A stretch of DNA of 63,955 nt, counting the filler, from Craspedostauros australis (lineage: Eukaryota): NCBI GenBank assembly GCA_030167865.1. It is 7 parts of 7 records of this genome, joined end to end, with 100 filler letters (N's around TTAATTAATTAA, not from the genome) between each part and the next. Parts side by side here need not be neighbours in the genome. Positions count along the whole stretch, not along the records: positions 31,495 to 50,492 come from JALAGF010005341.1; 6 more parts are not named here. The stretch is one strand, 5' to 3'. Positions within the stretch are counted from its first letter, which is position 1. Each line of letters starts with the position of its first letter. A program made the position numbers and the translations under genes. The notes under the pieces are model-generated. The model did no database searches, had not been told where the DNA came from, and saw only the letters and a list, made by a program, of their open reading frames with translations. This document shows positions 31,495-43,821 of the stretch, piece after piece.

Positions 31495-32410
31495 GGATCA
31501 CGAAAAATGGTCTGTAGAATCTAGTACATTTTCTACGTAAGTCCCGAACGAAAACAGGCCAGAAACAGCATCAACCGTGGTCCAACTCTCCGCACTCAGC
31601 TCGTATGGGCCATCCTGTACTCATATTTAAGTTATAGTATCGAATAGTGTTTATATATACCATCCTTAAGTTTGGTGGCTGTTGCTCTCTTTCTCGGTGA
31701 GCACTGATGCCATCCATCAAGCACCCCCATCATTCACGGACGTTTTTTGGCTTCTGGTTGGCGTGTTTTCATGGTCGAGTTGTTCCAAAGAAGTGTCCCA
31801 ACCGTCCATGACGTCATAATGACGCAAGCGTTGGAACCAGAATTGACCAAACTTGCCACCGAAATTGGGGATCCGAGTGGTCAAATATCAATCCGACCTC
31901 CATGGGAGCACTAAACGCAAGCATACCTCCATACCATCGCACTCAAACATAATATAGATCATATAGTTGTGACCGCCTCGGAGAGAGTATTCTGAAATGA
32001 TATCTATTGTACAGATTGAGCCAAAGAATGCTCAGCGCGGAGACTTCAAAGATGGAGGGTCGAATTTCTCGAAACAAGAGGCCAGATCCTACCAGACCCC
32101 TGTAGAATCCTACTTGTAGCCAAATGTAGCCAATGAAAACCCGGTCCGTCCTTCGTCCGAAGGCAAAACCACACCAAGGGGGTCAACAAACACAAAAAGA
32201 TCGATGAGATGGTAGTAACAACATTATAATGTTAACACTTGCCTGGATAGCCCTGGCTCTTAAGTTTACGTAGATGTGAAGAGATGTTGGATTGAGTGTC
32301 TATAAAACGAAGGCGGAGTTTGGGAAAAACTGATCCAAAATCTGTAGCCAACTGTAGCCAATAATCGCCAATAATCGCCAATTTTTGGGGTCCGTTTGTT
32401 TGAGGCACTA
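31495..32410 (+). mobile_element. hAT-like MITE, copy 1 (right end intact, about 56 bp of left end missing in a gap)
   Basis: About 800 bp nearly identical to 49697-50492. It ends in GTTTGTTTGAGGCACTA (32394-32410), the exact reverse complement of 49641-49657. Subterminal TGTAGCCAA and AATCGCCAA repeats. Confidence 0.85.
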
Positions 32411-32467
32411 TCCCCCACTCGACAACGATCACCATCATCGTTATCATCACCAAGACTACGCTGGAAG

Positions 32468-33357
32468 ATGCCATCGATGGCGTTGCATGAGGAAGTTGCG
32501 GCCATCCTGCAGGCTGCCGTCGGCGGATTCCGATATGGAGTCAAGATACGCGCACCTCACGCGCTGGTGATGGTCTGCCTGTTTCGTCGATCGTTGTCAG
32601 CCAAACAAAAGCTGCAAACCATCATGAACTTGACCTTTGAGCATGCAGGCCATTTAGCGCAGTTTGCGGCGCTGTACAAGGTGAGACATGTGATGATGCT
32701 GCTGCTGCTGCGTTACTCTGCATGGCATACTGATGTGTAACAATCCGTTGGAGGAAGAATGTCTCACACAGCACCATACTCATACAATCACCAATCACCA
32801 ATCGCCCACCACCAAATCCAAAAACAACAACAACTGCATAGACGTTGCTGAGCGCATTTAAATTCATCTCGGTTCATCTGAGCAATCATTGGATTGGTTG
32901 CAACGAACCGATTGAGAGATACATTGGCCGCATCTTGATGTCGATGCTGGTGGATGGACGCGTGCTGCCGCAAACATCATACGTAGACGATACGGTCCAC
33001 GTTGCGCCTGCAGGCTATCCACAATCGGCGTTGCAATCGTTCCTTGCTGGCGGCATCGGCGGGTACCTGGTCTGGGGACGGTACTCTTCCATCAATTCAC
33101 AGATCGTCATGTATCTGGTCAGCCGTGTTCTGTTGGGACTGTATAAGAGATTGGCCGAGCTGAGATTGGCACAAGCGGGGATTGCAGTGACGGATGATTC
33201 CATCTCACGGGCGATCTCCGCCTCGAACACCAACTCCTACCCATTCGTCGCGGCTCTGACATGGGCATGCGTCATGGCGCTGTTTGAAGAGACGCCTCAT
33301 GTATTGCAACGGTCGTTGAGACAGAGCATGGATGACATTTACAGATTTTCATTATGA
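32468..33357 (+). CDS. PXMP4: Peroxisomal membrane protein 4 (PMP24); intron 32681-32841
   Basis: GFRYGVKIRAPHALVM, HAGHLAQFAALYK|TLL, FLAGGIGGYLVWG, INSQIVMYLVSRV, WACVMALFE, SMDDIY. Frame-preserving GT..AG intron. Start at 32468 or 32477. Confidence 0.9.
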
Positions 33358-33629
33358 AGGAGATCCTCAGTGCATCACTGCCCTTCAATTTCCCGAAGAG
33401 GAAAAAAACGGTCCTGACACAACCACCCATGGTGGCATTGTTGGAGATGCACTTGTAAAGCATCTGAGAATGGCGTGCTGATGGTCAACTGACTTTGGAA
33501 CATATTATACTAATCGAGGGTGCTCTATTGATGCAATGCGGTGTTACATTGTATGGGAATATGAGGAGAGTACCATATGAGTATTAACAATCTCGAGTGG
33601 ACTCTGCTCTGCCACAGAAAACGGGCAGT

Positions 33630-34981
33630 CTATTTGATGTCAGAGTTCCCAGATATTATGTCGAACAAACTGGCCAGAGAGGTCTTCGGTTGTCGTGCCT
33701 CGTCTCCTTCGTACCAAAAGTCTCCTTCGTAGTTGGCTGCAGGAGTGTTTGCGAGTTTGATTTGAAAGGATGTGGGTGGAATAGGTGGAAGTATGCACAG
33801 CAGGTGAGCAAAGGGAATGGCAGGCAACTGTTAATCTGCGAGGCCAGGTGCCACGCATGTGACACGCAACTTCAAGAAACATCCCGCCACAGCATGAACG
33901 CCAAGCAAGCAAAATCGCACTGCACCGCACCGCACTGCTGATCACACGTACCAACTGCCGGCCAGTCATCGACCGACCGAAAGCCGTACCGCGCCTTGAG
34001 TTCGCTGAAACTATCGGATCCGCTTGGTCCCAAATCCACGACGTCGACCCCATCCGATTCGATGGATCGTCGCACGAGATCATAGACGGAATGGAACCAG
34101 ACGTATTGCTTCGCGGCTTCGTCATTTGCGTAGAACCACTGGCCGCGCACAGTGGTTCCCTTGCGCACCTCATGCGCAATCGCAATGACCTCGTTGTTCA
34201 CGTTGCGGTACTCTCGAATCTCACCCGTCATGCGCGTCGTGCCGACGTATCGATTGATCGCCTCGCCCAGCGCATCAAAGAAGCCTTCGGCACCCCACGA
34301 CAGCAGCCGCACCTCGTGCGCCACAACGCATCGGAAGTGCGCCAGCGAGGAATGCGGCGCGGGCTGTCCACCCATGATGGGCCGATGCGCGACAGTGAAG
34401 TTCTGCTGCAGCGCTTTCTTGATGGTGCGGCGGCATCCGCGCGGCAAGGTGGCAACCCAGTCATCGACGTGCTGGAACTTCCCAATCTCCAGCAGGGCAT
34501 GCGGACGCGTCTTCCACTGTCCCGTCCACTGCGCCGCGCCCATGGCACCCAGCGATGCGTACTCGCGATTCCCCAACGAGATGGGGTCTCCGCAGAGCTC
34601 CTCCTCCTGAGGTGCGGATCGCAAGGCCTCCTTGGCCAGCAAGGCGGGATCGCTATTCTCCGGCAAATCACCGAAGATGGCGGCGATGGCAAGCATCAGG
34701 TTGTTGTAGCGTGGGTCGCCCAGGAAAGCGCGAGACACCCAGGCAAAGAGCGTCGTGACGCGTTCGTCATTGAGTTCGGTGCTGAGTGCGACAGTCTGCT
34801 TGTCCTGTTCGGCAAACAAAAGTGTCAGTGTGCGGGCGATGCTAAAGCTGATGCTGTTCTGATTGTTGATAGTGGGGCGAGCCTGGATCTGAACATCAGT
34901 GGATTTGATCACGAATCCATTGGCGCCGCCCGCCAGAAAGAACAACCCCAAGAGGTGAAGGAATGGTGACAGAATTGGCAT
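33630..34981 (-). CDS. Probably plastid-targeted protein with GNAT/FemAB-like acyltransferase features; exons 34981-33952 and 33736-33630
   Basis: Signal peptide plus ANG-F. Motifs DDWVATLPRGCRRTIKK and VVDLGPSG...LKARYGF. Splicing G|GTACGT...CAG|CC gives WPAVANYEGDFWY. Gene well supported, fold assignment tentative. Confidence 0.7.
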
Positions 34982-35732
34982 CTTGTGATGTATTCTATTG
35001 TAATGTATTGTATTTTATGGATGAACTTGTGCGAACAATGTGCTACTCCCACGCAGCAGAGTGCGGCTCTGATCTTGCAAGATGGACGGGCGCTTCTCCG
35101 AAGATCTTTGCGCGCAAGTATCCACGCTTGTGCGCGTGCAAATACTACTATTATGAGCTCATGGTCGGAACGCAGTTGGAGGAGTCGGAACAGGATTGAC
35201 AGAACAGTCCAATTCTTTGGATCTGATTTTTCGCAACTGTGTGTGTTGTTGTCGTGGCCGACGTCAGCATTTCTTCTCTTCTTGTGGCGAAGAAAGCACT
35301 TTTCAGTCACGCAGAATATGACTCGTGACTACCGTGTTGGACACGCTGGATTCACACGACTCCTCAAAACCAGAACGAGATCAGAACAACGCGAGAGAAC
35401 GGCGAAAAAGGCCGCGTGTTGATGTGCAACAAGGGGAGATGTGGAAGGCTCACAAGTCAGCCTTGACACCGACACCTTCGTCCCCATCCCAATCTCGATC
35501 TCGTCCATCTCTCTCAGTCCACCCTGCCTCCATTGAGACTAGTCGCACACTGCCATCCAAACAGAGAGCTCTGCCTTTGTACTATTCTATATTCCTACGA
35601 CTATTCGTGCAAATAGAATAGAGTCCTCTTGCGTAGAGCAGATTACTCGAGTCTGTGATCCCAGACAACAAGCGATAGCAACCAGCAACAACCACCCAGC
35701 GATAGCAACCAACTTGCTCATACTCCGAGAGG

Positions 35733-37079
35733 ATGCAATCAGCACAAGGACAGCCAAACCTTCCACCTTGGCAGGAAGGAATGCCAACCCCATCCAATGC
35801 AATGCCGAATCCAGGCAGCCGTCCGAACACACCAGGTGGTGGGATGGAGGAGCTTTTGCCCCTCGTGATGCAGCTGACGAACGCTGAACAGGTGAGGCAT
35901 CTGCGTGAGCGAGAGCGTGAGCATTCATCGTGCGCTTTGACAACACGCATTCAAGTATCCTCGTTGCGCAGTGCCAATGGCACAGGCTGACATCATCATC
36001 ATCATCGTCATCTCACAAGCAATTACAACGACTCTAATCTGTATCTCTTCGCTATCTGCTTCGATGTCTGGGGTGGTTGGAAACCAATGGTGACCAATGA
36101 TGACCAACGATATCCAATGATATCCAATACAACCATTCCGCGCTTTGCTTACTTCCGTACTTACGTTCGTGCTACTATACTCCGCCCACGTTTGCAACTA
36201 TCGGCGGCTGCGAAGAGGGAAAGCGTCTTGCTGGAGCTTTCCAAGAAACGCGAATCGTTTGCTGACCTTGCTCCCATCCTGTGGCATTCGCCGGGGACGA
36301 TCGCTGCGCTGCTGCAAGAAATCGTCTCCATCTACCCGCTTCTGGCGCCGCCCACCCTCACGTCCATCGTATCCAACCGAGTTTGCAACGCTCTGGCATT
36401 GCTCCAGTGCGTTGCGTCGCACTCTGACACCAGGCAGCCGTTCCTGACGGCGCAAATCCCGCTCTACCTCTACCCATTCCTCAACACCCAAAGCCGGTCG
36501 CGTCCCTTCGAGTACTTGCGGCTGACGTCCTTGGGGGTCATCGGGGCGTTGGTGAAGGTGGACGATACGGAGGTCATTTCATTTTTGCTCAGCACCGAGA
36601 TCATCCCGCTCTGCCTCAGGATAATGGAAACGGGCAGCGACCTTTCCAAGACCGTCGCCACCTTCATCGTGCAGAAGATCCTCCTGGAGGACACCGGTTT
36701 GAACTATGTCTGCGCCACCGCCGAACGCTTCTATGCTGTGAGCACCGTCCTTGGGAACATGGTCAAGCATCTGCAGGGACAGCCAAGTGTACGTCTCTTG
36801 AAGCATGTGGTGCGATGCTACCTGCGGTTGGCGGATCACCAGAGAGCCCGCGAGGCCCTCCAAACGTGCCTGCCACAAAGCTTGCAGGACAACACTTTCG
36901 TGCCGCACCTGCCGAATGACCCGACCGTGCAAAAGTGGCTGTCGCAGCTCCTGAAGCTTGTGGGGCCGACAGGAGGCGACGCCGCGGCTGCCGCTCCCAA
37001 TCCAGGCCAACCCGACTTGTCTTCGGGTGGTCCCATCAACCGCGGAGTTTTGGGTGGTGTGCTCATGGACAAACCATGA
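35733..37079 (+). CDS. CNOT9: CCR4-NOT subunit 9 (Rcd1/Caf40); exons 35733-35891 and 36216-37079
   Basis: [71 protein letters not shown]. Confidence 0.97.
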
Positions 37080-37544
37080 GGGGGGCGTTGCGTGACAACG
37101 CCTGGTGTTCGTATGCAGGCAATACAATTAACATGGAGTACTATCGCTCTAAATGCATTATGTCATGTGAAATGATACGATTCATACCCCGGTGGAGAGA
37201 GAGTTCATGGCATTGCATGAAGCGTAGGTACCAATAGAGTACATCGCTTCGTTGTTGGTTTTCAATCCAAATATATATTTAATCGCGTAGACTTCCCTGA
37301 AACGTGGTTGCCACAATTGATTCACGAATACAAATCAATCACGCTCTTCTTCGACTTGAATCTTTTCACTTCGTTTTTGATTTTTTGTTCTCTCTCTCTC
37401 TTTCGCCTTCGAATCCAAACGAGAAAACGATCAACAATCGCGATGCAAACAACGAAGAGTCAAAAGAGAGAGCGCGGCTAAGTTGCCTTCAGACCGCACA
37501 AAATCAGCCTTCCATCGCTCGATCAACTATCCATCCATCCAACC

Positions 37545-38582
37545 ATGTCGTCTTTCAAGGTATGTGCACCCCGCCCTGCTCTTCTGTTTGTGTCGATGCC
37601 TGTGTTTGTATTATGCATGACAGGTGGGATGGCTCAGAATCACGATGACGCCTTCTCGCATTCGAACCACCACGATGACATGTAGAAAAGAACGCTATCG
37701 CATTGACTCTTGGATACTTGACTGCCTCAATGAATGCATGAACTCACCCCGCCGATTCATCGACATCCACTGTCTTCTACGCTTCCATACATCCACACAT
37801 CCAACACATCCAACCCTTCTAACACATCCAACACATCGACAACCGTGAACACTCACAAACGATAGAAATTCCAAACCGCCGTCCAGGAAGAAGCCTTTGC
37901 CGTTCTCAAGAATGGAGCCGCGAAGATTGAATCTTTCCAGGCCGAGTGCGCCACGCACTTTGCCTACCCCACCCTGTCCAAGGCCACCGAAGAGTTTGCA
38001 TCCGTCGGTGCGGCCGCCACCAACCCAAAGATGACTGCCTGCGTCTCCAGCACGCTGGATGTCATGGACGCCGTCGGCAAGGACCTGCAGCTCATCGAGA
38101 CCTTTCTCAACATGCACATTCCAAAGATGGAGGACGGAAATAACTTCGGTGTCACCGTCCAGCTCGCCCTGCTGAAGCAGATCTCTGACACGCAAGAGGC
38201 CCTCGGAAAGAACATCGAGTCCCTGTCGGGATACGCGGCGAGCCGCGCTGACGTGCTGGACAAACTCTCCCTGCCATCGTCTTCCAGCACGACGACCAAA
38301 TCCTCGTCGTCCACCACCACCGACGGAAAGAAGGAGGACAAGAGCAGCGAATCCACCGAAGAGAAGCAGACGGCGGGCAATCCATCTTCCGTGTCTCACA
38401 CCGCGCGGCTTGGGGCATTGGTCACCGTGGACTCGCTGTATTACTCCAAGGCACAGCGCGCGGCACTGTCCGCCATCGCATCCTACATGGCCGTGCTGGA
38501 TTTCCTGGAAAAGAACCAAGAAAAGCTCAAGCAGCCCAAGGGATCCGCTGGCTCGCGCAGCGCCTACTCGGGCATGTACTAA
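37545..38582 (+). CDS. Proteasome activator PA28/REG family protein; exons 37545-37559 and 37866-38582
   Basis: Activation loop HIPKMEDGNNFGVTVQ and C-terminal KLKQPKG...GMY. MSSFK|GTATGT...TAG|AAA is in frame. Confidence 0.93.
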
Positions 38583-39017
38583 GCACTCTAGGCACTAAGT
38601 GCACCCACCTCTGTCTAGAGAACCACTGTACTCTATGTCCTCTACCGATGCTCTCTCGCTTTTCAGTTGTATGTACACTCACGATGCCAAAGTCATAGTG
38701 AGCTTGCGCACCATACATCACCGATTCGAACGAAGCAAGAAGGTGAACCCCCCAAACCCCACTACTCTACTGCAAGCGTCATCAAGACCTGTGTCCACTC
38801 TATCCATGATCCGAAGACGGCCACAGGCCAGATGAAACATGTACGACTATGGTACGCACAAATAGATATCTATCGCGTTTATTGTCGTGTTCACTAACTG
38901 AATACCCAAGGAAGGGAATTGGACAAACGCGTGGATGGGTAGATCAGTTGGCCGGTAGAGAGATGGATGCGGGATGAAGCGATGGCGATGATGGTGACCC
39001 ACGACAATGATGCCGAC

Positions 39018-42014
39018 TCAGTTGAGACAGTTGCCATTGCAGCAAGCACAGGTCAACCCGCAGTCGTAGCGGAGCGTGGCGCCCAAAGTGCAAATGCCTG
39101 GCGGAATCGAACCGACCAACCTGTTCTGGGTGAGGCTCAAGTAGTCTGTCAATCGGAGGGTGAAGGACGAAAGTGATGAAGACGGATGAACAGTTGGAAC
39201 GTGTGCGCATCGGAGATATAGTTCTTCTGTGAGTTGGGACATGGTGTGTGATGTACTCGTACTAACTGATACGTGTCAATGTGCTCACTCACGCACCCAA
39301 TTTCTCACGCCAACAGCTTAGCAGTTCAACAGTTCGACGTACCAAGGCTTGCCATATTCCCGAGCTCAGCTGGAAGCTGACCGTTGAGATCGTTGCCATC
39401 CAGAACCATCTGAGTCACCTTGTCAAGCTTCCCGATCTCGGACGGCAACCTCCCCGATAACTTCGTGAATGCGAGCTGCAGCTTCTTCAAGTTCGAGAGC
39501 TTCCCCAATTCGGATGGGATGTTGCCTCCGACATCTCCACCGAAAATCGCGAGTCCCTCTGTTGGAAAAGAAAGCGAGCAAGGGAAGACAAAGTCAACAA
39601 AGAGTATGCGAGGCAGCACAAAGCAGAGCGTGAGCAAGTTCATTGTCCCAAACCATCGGCAACAACAAAGCAAGTACGATTACTCTGAGGTTGTTCCCAC
39701 AAGCACAACAACACAGTGGTGGACGTACCGAGCTTTCCCAAGTTTCCCAATTCTGTTGGCAACGTGCTTTCGATGACTGCCGATGTGATCACCAATTCGC
39801 CTATCGTTTTGGAACCCACATGATACAGAAGAAGAAGAAGGAAAAGGAAAAGGAGGAGAAAAACGAGAGAGAGAGAGAAAGATACGGTCATGAAAGTGAC
39901 TGTGAGCCTTGTGGATGTCGTCGACGAAGGATCCAACGGAAGAAGGCGATGCCACCCACATCAGATCATATGGCAGTCGAGCAGCCGGACGTACGCAGAT
40001 TCTCCAACGCTCCGAGTTCGCTTGGGAGATCACCGGTCAAGTTGGAATCCAAGAAGACCAATGCCTCTGGAGGTTGCGGATGGGCGTATCATGCGAGCCG
40101 TGTGGAAGTGGAGTGTGAACATGAAAGGAAACATCGTGATTGCAGTCGAGAGAGATGTGAGGCGAAGTTGGATGGCTGTGTTGTTGCTTTATGAAGTCTT
40201 GGTCAACACAGGAGTACAGCATGGCGCAGTACACCGTGGTACAGCATGCGTACAAGTATGTAGCATTCCGCATACAGAAGGAGCTTCGTACCGAGAGATG
40301 TGAGAGACGCTATCTCAGTTGGGATTGATCCATTGAATGGAGACTTGGAAGCTTGGAAATAGACTGGAAGCAAGGAGGGTTGGCGACGGATCAAGGAGCA
40401 GAACAGATCGGTGGTTGAAGTGCAAGAAGAGCAGCAGAAGAAAGGATGGTGAGGGGCCATGGTCGTGCTTCCAGATGCCACATTTGCACACACACTAAGT
40501 ACTCTGCGTGACTTTCCAAACGACTTACCGAGATTGGGCCAGGAAAGAATGTAATCGAAGATCTTTCCTGTCAACCCAAAGGACGAGAGCATGAAGATGC
40601 TCTCTGTGCCCAGCGTGTGTTCGAAGATGGAGTTGATGAACGATGTGAACATGAGAGCAGGCGGGAGAGGCGAAAGAGTGAGAAGCAAGGTGAGAGAGTG
40701 GGGAAAAACAAAACAACACAAAACAAAAAGCGATCTTGCGGATGACAGTGTTCGTGAGATGGATGTCATGTCAAAGTCAAGTTGTTGCCAAGCCCGAGCT
40801 CTGTACCGTTCGATGAGTCCTGTGTCAATCGCAACGCGTTCCTTCTTACCGAGATTCGTCAGCTGCTTCATGGCTTCAGGCAGACGTCCTGGCTGGACAG
40901 TACCACTCAAGTCGAGAACCTTGAGGCTCGTCAGTCTTCCAATCCGATCATCGAGCTTCAATGCAAGCTCCGTACTTCTCACGTCAAGTGTGGCTGGCAG
41001 TTTGTTGTGATGACGGTGATGCGATGGTTGGGATTACGCGAAGAATAGTACAGACGATACACAGTGAGTGATAGTAGGTTGTGTGAGTGGAATCGAAGAA
41101 CAGGAGCAGAGCAAGATGACGACTCGATCCATCGACCAGCTGCAGAGCCAGCCAAGCCGCAAGACGAGACACCGGCATCAGCGCAAACGCGACATCTTAC
41201 CGAGGTTGGTGAGGCCGTACAGTGCATCCGGCAAGGTTCCTTCGAGAGCATTGGAACCGACGGAGAGCGTGGTCAACGCCCGAAGAGTACCGATCTCCTC
41301 CGGCAAGGTCCCCGAGAGCCCGCGTTGGAAGAGCTGCAACTGGACCACCTCCAGACTCTCGTTGCACACGATGCCTTCGAATGTGCACTCGTGCTGATGC
41401 GGGACGTCCTGCCACATACGTCGCATGCTCCAGAGATGTCCGTTGGCGGAGAATGCGAGTGTGAGGATGGCGTATCGTTGCACCAGGTTGGAGGACGAGG
41501 GCGACTGGATGACCGTGTCTTCGTTGGCAAGCCAATTGACAGCCTGGGACTGCGGGGATTGGTCGTCCACCAAGCTAGCAGGACCGCTCACGTCTTCCGC
41601 CATGGCCTGGAGGAAAACGAGCCGCGCGCCAACGTCCTTGCGCGGTTCGAGTGGCTCTGGTCTTGCGGGAGATCCAGTGACGGCAGAGCCGCCGTTGTTC
41701 TGCTGCGACCGAATCGCCATGTACGCTCCCGCTGACACCAACACCACCAAGAGCACCGTGGCGCTGAGCACGAACGCACGTAGGCGCGACGTGCCTCGCT
41801 TCGTCATGGACGCACCATGATCGGACATGCAGCAGAGCTTGCGGAGGAAGCCATCTCGAGGCGCGGCTCCGTAGGCATCGCCTCTTGCCGTGTCCCATGG
41901 TGCCCTCGACGGTTCCTCGCCGCCGCCATCGACCACAGTGACCGGAGCGTTGATGATGGCCGTGGCGACCTCTACGTCCTCGGTGTCCTTGCGAATGCTC
42001 GGATCGATCGACAT
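39018..42014 (-). CDS. Membrane-anchored LRR protein (24-aa plant-type LRRs, Cys-rich C-cap). Eight exons: 42014-41201, 40993-40850, 40603-40529, 40363-40292, 40066-39995, 39800-39729, 39558-39343, 39145-39018
   Basis: TM segment FVLSATVLLVVLVSAGAYM; SPQSQAVNWL...QRYAIL; HECTFEGIVC N-cap; LSGTLPEEIGTLRAL-type repeats; DCGLTCACCNGNC end. All seven introns GT-AG and frame-consistent. Confidence 0.9.
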
Positions 42015-42799
42015 TCTATCGGAGGTGCGCGCAGCTACGAGATTGGCAGCGTACGGATGCTGAATGGAATGAGCTTTCGGCTGAGGCTTGTATAGAAGCA
42101 GGAGAGTTGGCGAAGTCTGCAATTATGGTATAAGTGCAATGCCTATGGCCGGACGGTAAGGAGGTGAAGGGATAGAGATGGATGGAGAGAGAACGGAAGA
42201 GACGTTACGCGATGGCAACCGCGGGTGCCATTGATCGTTCGTGAAGCACATCGCACTCGTACTCGGCTGGTGTTTGTTGCACCTCTCTCCGCAAAGGCAT
42301 GGATCGCGCCAAACCAATTTCAAGCTTTGAGAAGGTACGCACAACGTGACTCGAGCATCTTGAGAAGGAAGTCATGTGGCCAAGGTGCCATTGCATATTC
42401 GTTGACCGATGCGGCATCTTGCTGGACGTCCCTGCCCTTGCAGCTTTGGCGGCGGATGGTCGCGAAAGGGGACGACGAGGTGCGGCGCACCATTTTGTGG
42501 GCGAACAAGTTGTCGAGAAACCTTCTCAAAACGCGGTGAATGCCGATGGGACAAATTGCATGTGTGTGATGATACGTGTTCGTCTTGGTACGACTTATTT
42601 GGTACTACGAAGGTATTCAAGTTGATATCCCTACTATAGTACTTGTGTATGCGATACTACGCTCGATACGACATCAAACAGCCAACGTCGGTAACAGTGG
42701 CAACAACACCGACCACGACAAGGCAACACCAACAACAATGATGACAAGAACAAGACAGAGGGATCAACACAGAAGAACAAAGCACATCGGCAACTTCTG

Positions 42800-42842
42800 C
42801 CATCCATCCATCCATCCATCCATCCATCCATCCATCCACCCA
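42800..42842. repeat. (CATC)n microsatellite upstream of NDUFS6
   Basis: Tandem CCAT units visible directly. Confidence 0.9.
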
Positions 42843-42915
42843 CCCAAGAACACTCAAACTTGACCCTCCGATCATCGGACGACAGAGATCAACATTATAT
42901 CATACGAGGACGACG

Positions 42916-43335
42916 ATGTTTGCCAAGATACTCCAATCCAGAGCACCGAGATCCTTTGCCACGGCGGCAACCCGCTCAGGCTTTGCCGCTGTGAGATCTT
43001 TCGCCATCACTTCGTCTCCTCCTCCTGTGGCGCCCGCGAAGACCCCGTTCGGTGAAGATCCGGAGACCTTCGAGCCCACTGCGGAAGAGAAGCGCCTCCA
43101 CTACCGCACCTACTCGGAGTCCAAGTACAAGCTCGGCAAGCACCGTTCGAACGCCCTGGAGCTCATCGAGAAGGTCCCGATCATTGAGGTGGAGGGCGAG
43201 ATGGCCGTCTGCGATGGTGGCGGCGGCGCCCTGGGCCATCCCCTCGAGTACATCAGTCTGCAGCGTCCCGGAGAGATTGCGAGATGCAAGTACTGCGGCC
43301 TGCGTTTCAGATCCACGTCCTGGGATAACCACTAA
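42916..43335 (+). CDS. NDUFS6: NADH:ubiquinone oxidoreductase 13 kDa-A subunit (zf-CHCC)
   Basis: AVCDGGGGALGHPLEYISL...CKYCGLRF and an Arg/Ser/Ala-rich mitochondrial presequence. Confidence 0.95.
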   Translation: MFAKILQSRAPRSFATAATRSGFAAVRSFAITSSPPPVAPAKTPFGEDPETFEPTAEEKRLHYRTYSESKYKLGKHRSNALELIEKVPIIEVEGEMAVCDGGGGALGHPLEYISLQRPGEIARCKYCGLRFRSTSWDNH

Positions 43336-43821
43336 TGCGAGCGCCGAAGCAAGCAGTGGTAGAGCAAGCGCAAGCGCAGGAAGCTCGCAATCTCTTCTGC
43401 ATCTGTGTCAATCTGGATGGTGCGCGTGCTGCCGTGCAAAGCACTCCATCATCCGACGAACGGCAGGCAACATCACAGACACACACACATGAATGAATGC
43501 ACTCATTCATGCATGCATTGGAATGGAGGTCGAGGTGGAGAGCTGAGCCGCACGGATGAGTGGACTGTTCGTACGCCGTGCAACGCTCAGCAAGCATCCC
43601 ATCCTGATCCACACCAGACCAATAATCAACTCAAGCTGCACCCGACCCCGTCCGCTCTCTTTACCTTTGATAACAAAAGTAAGAAAAAGCAAACAAAGCA
43701 ACAACTGCACAGACGAGGCATGCAGTGATTTCATGTGAAGAGAGGAATCTCCCACTCTTCGTAACTGTCTACGACGATTGGAGACGTTCTGTTAAGCTCT
43801 ACTTGCACCATGCTCGAATGC

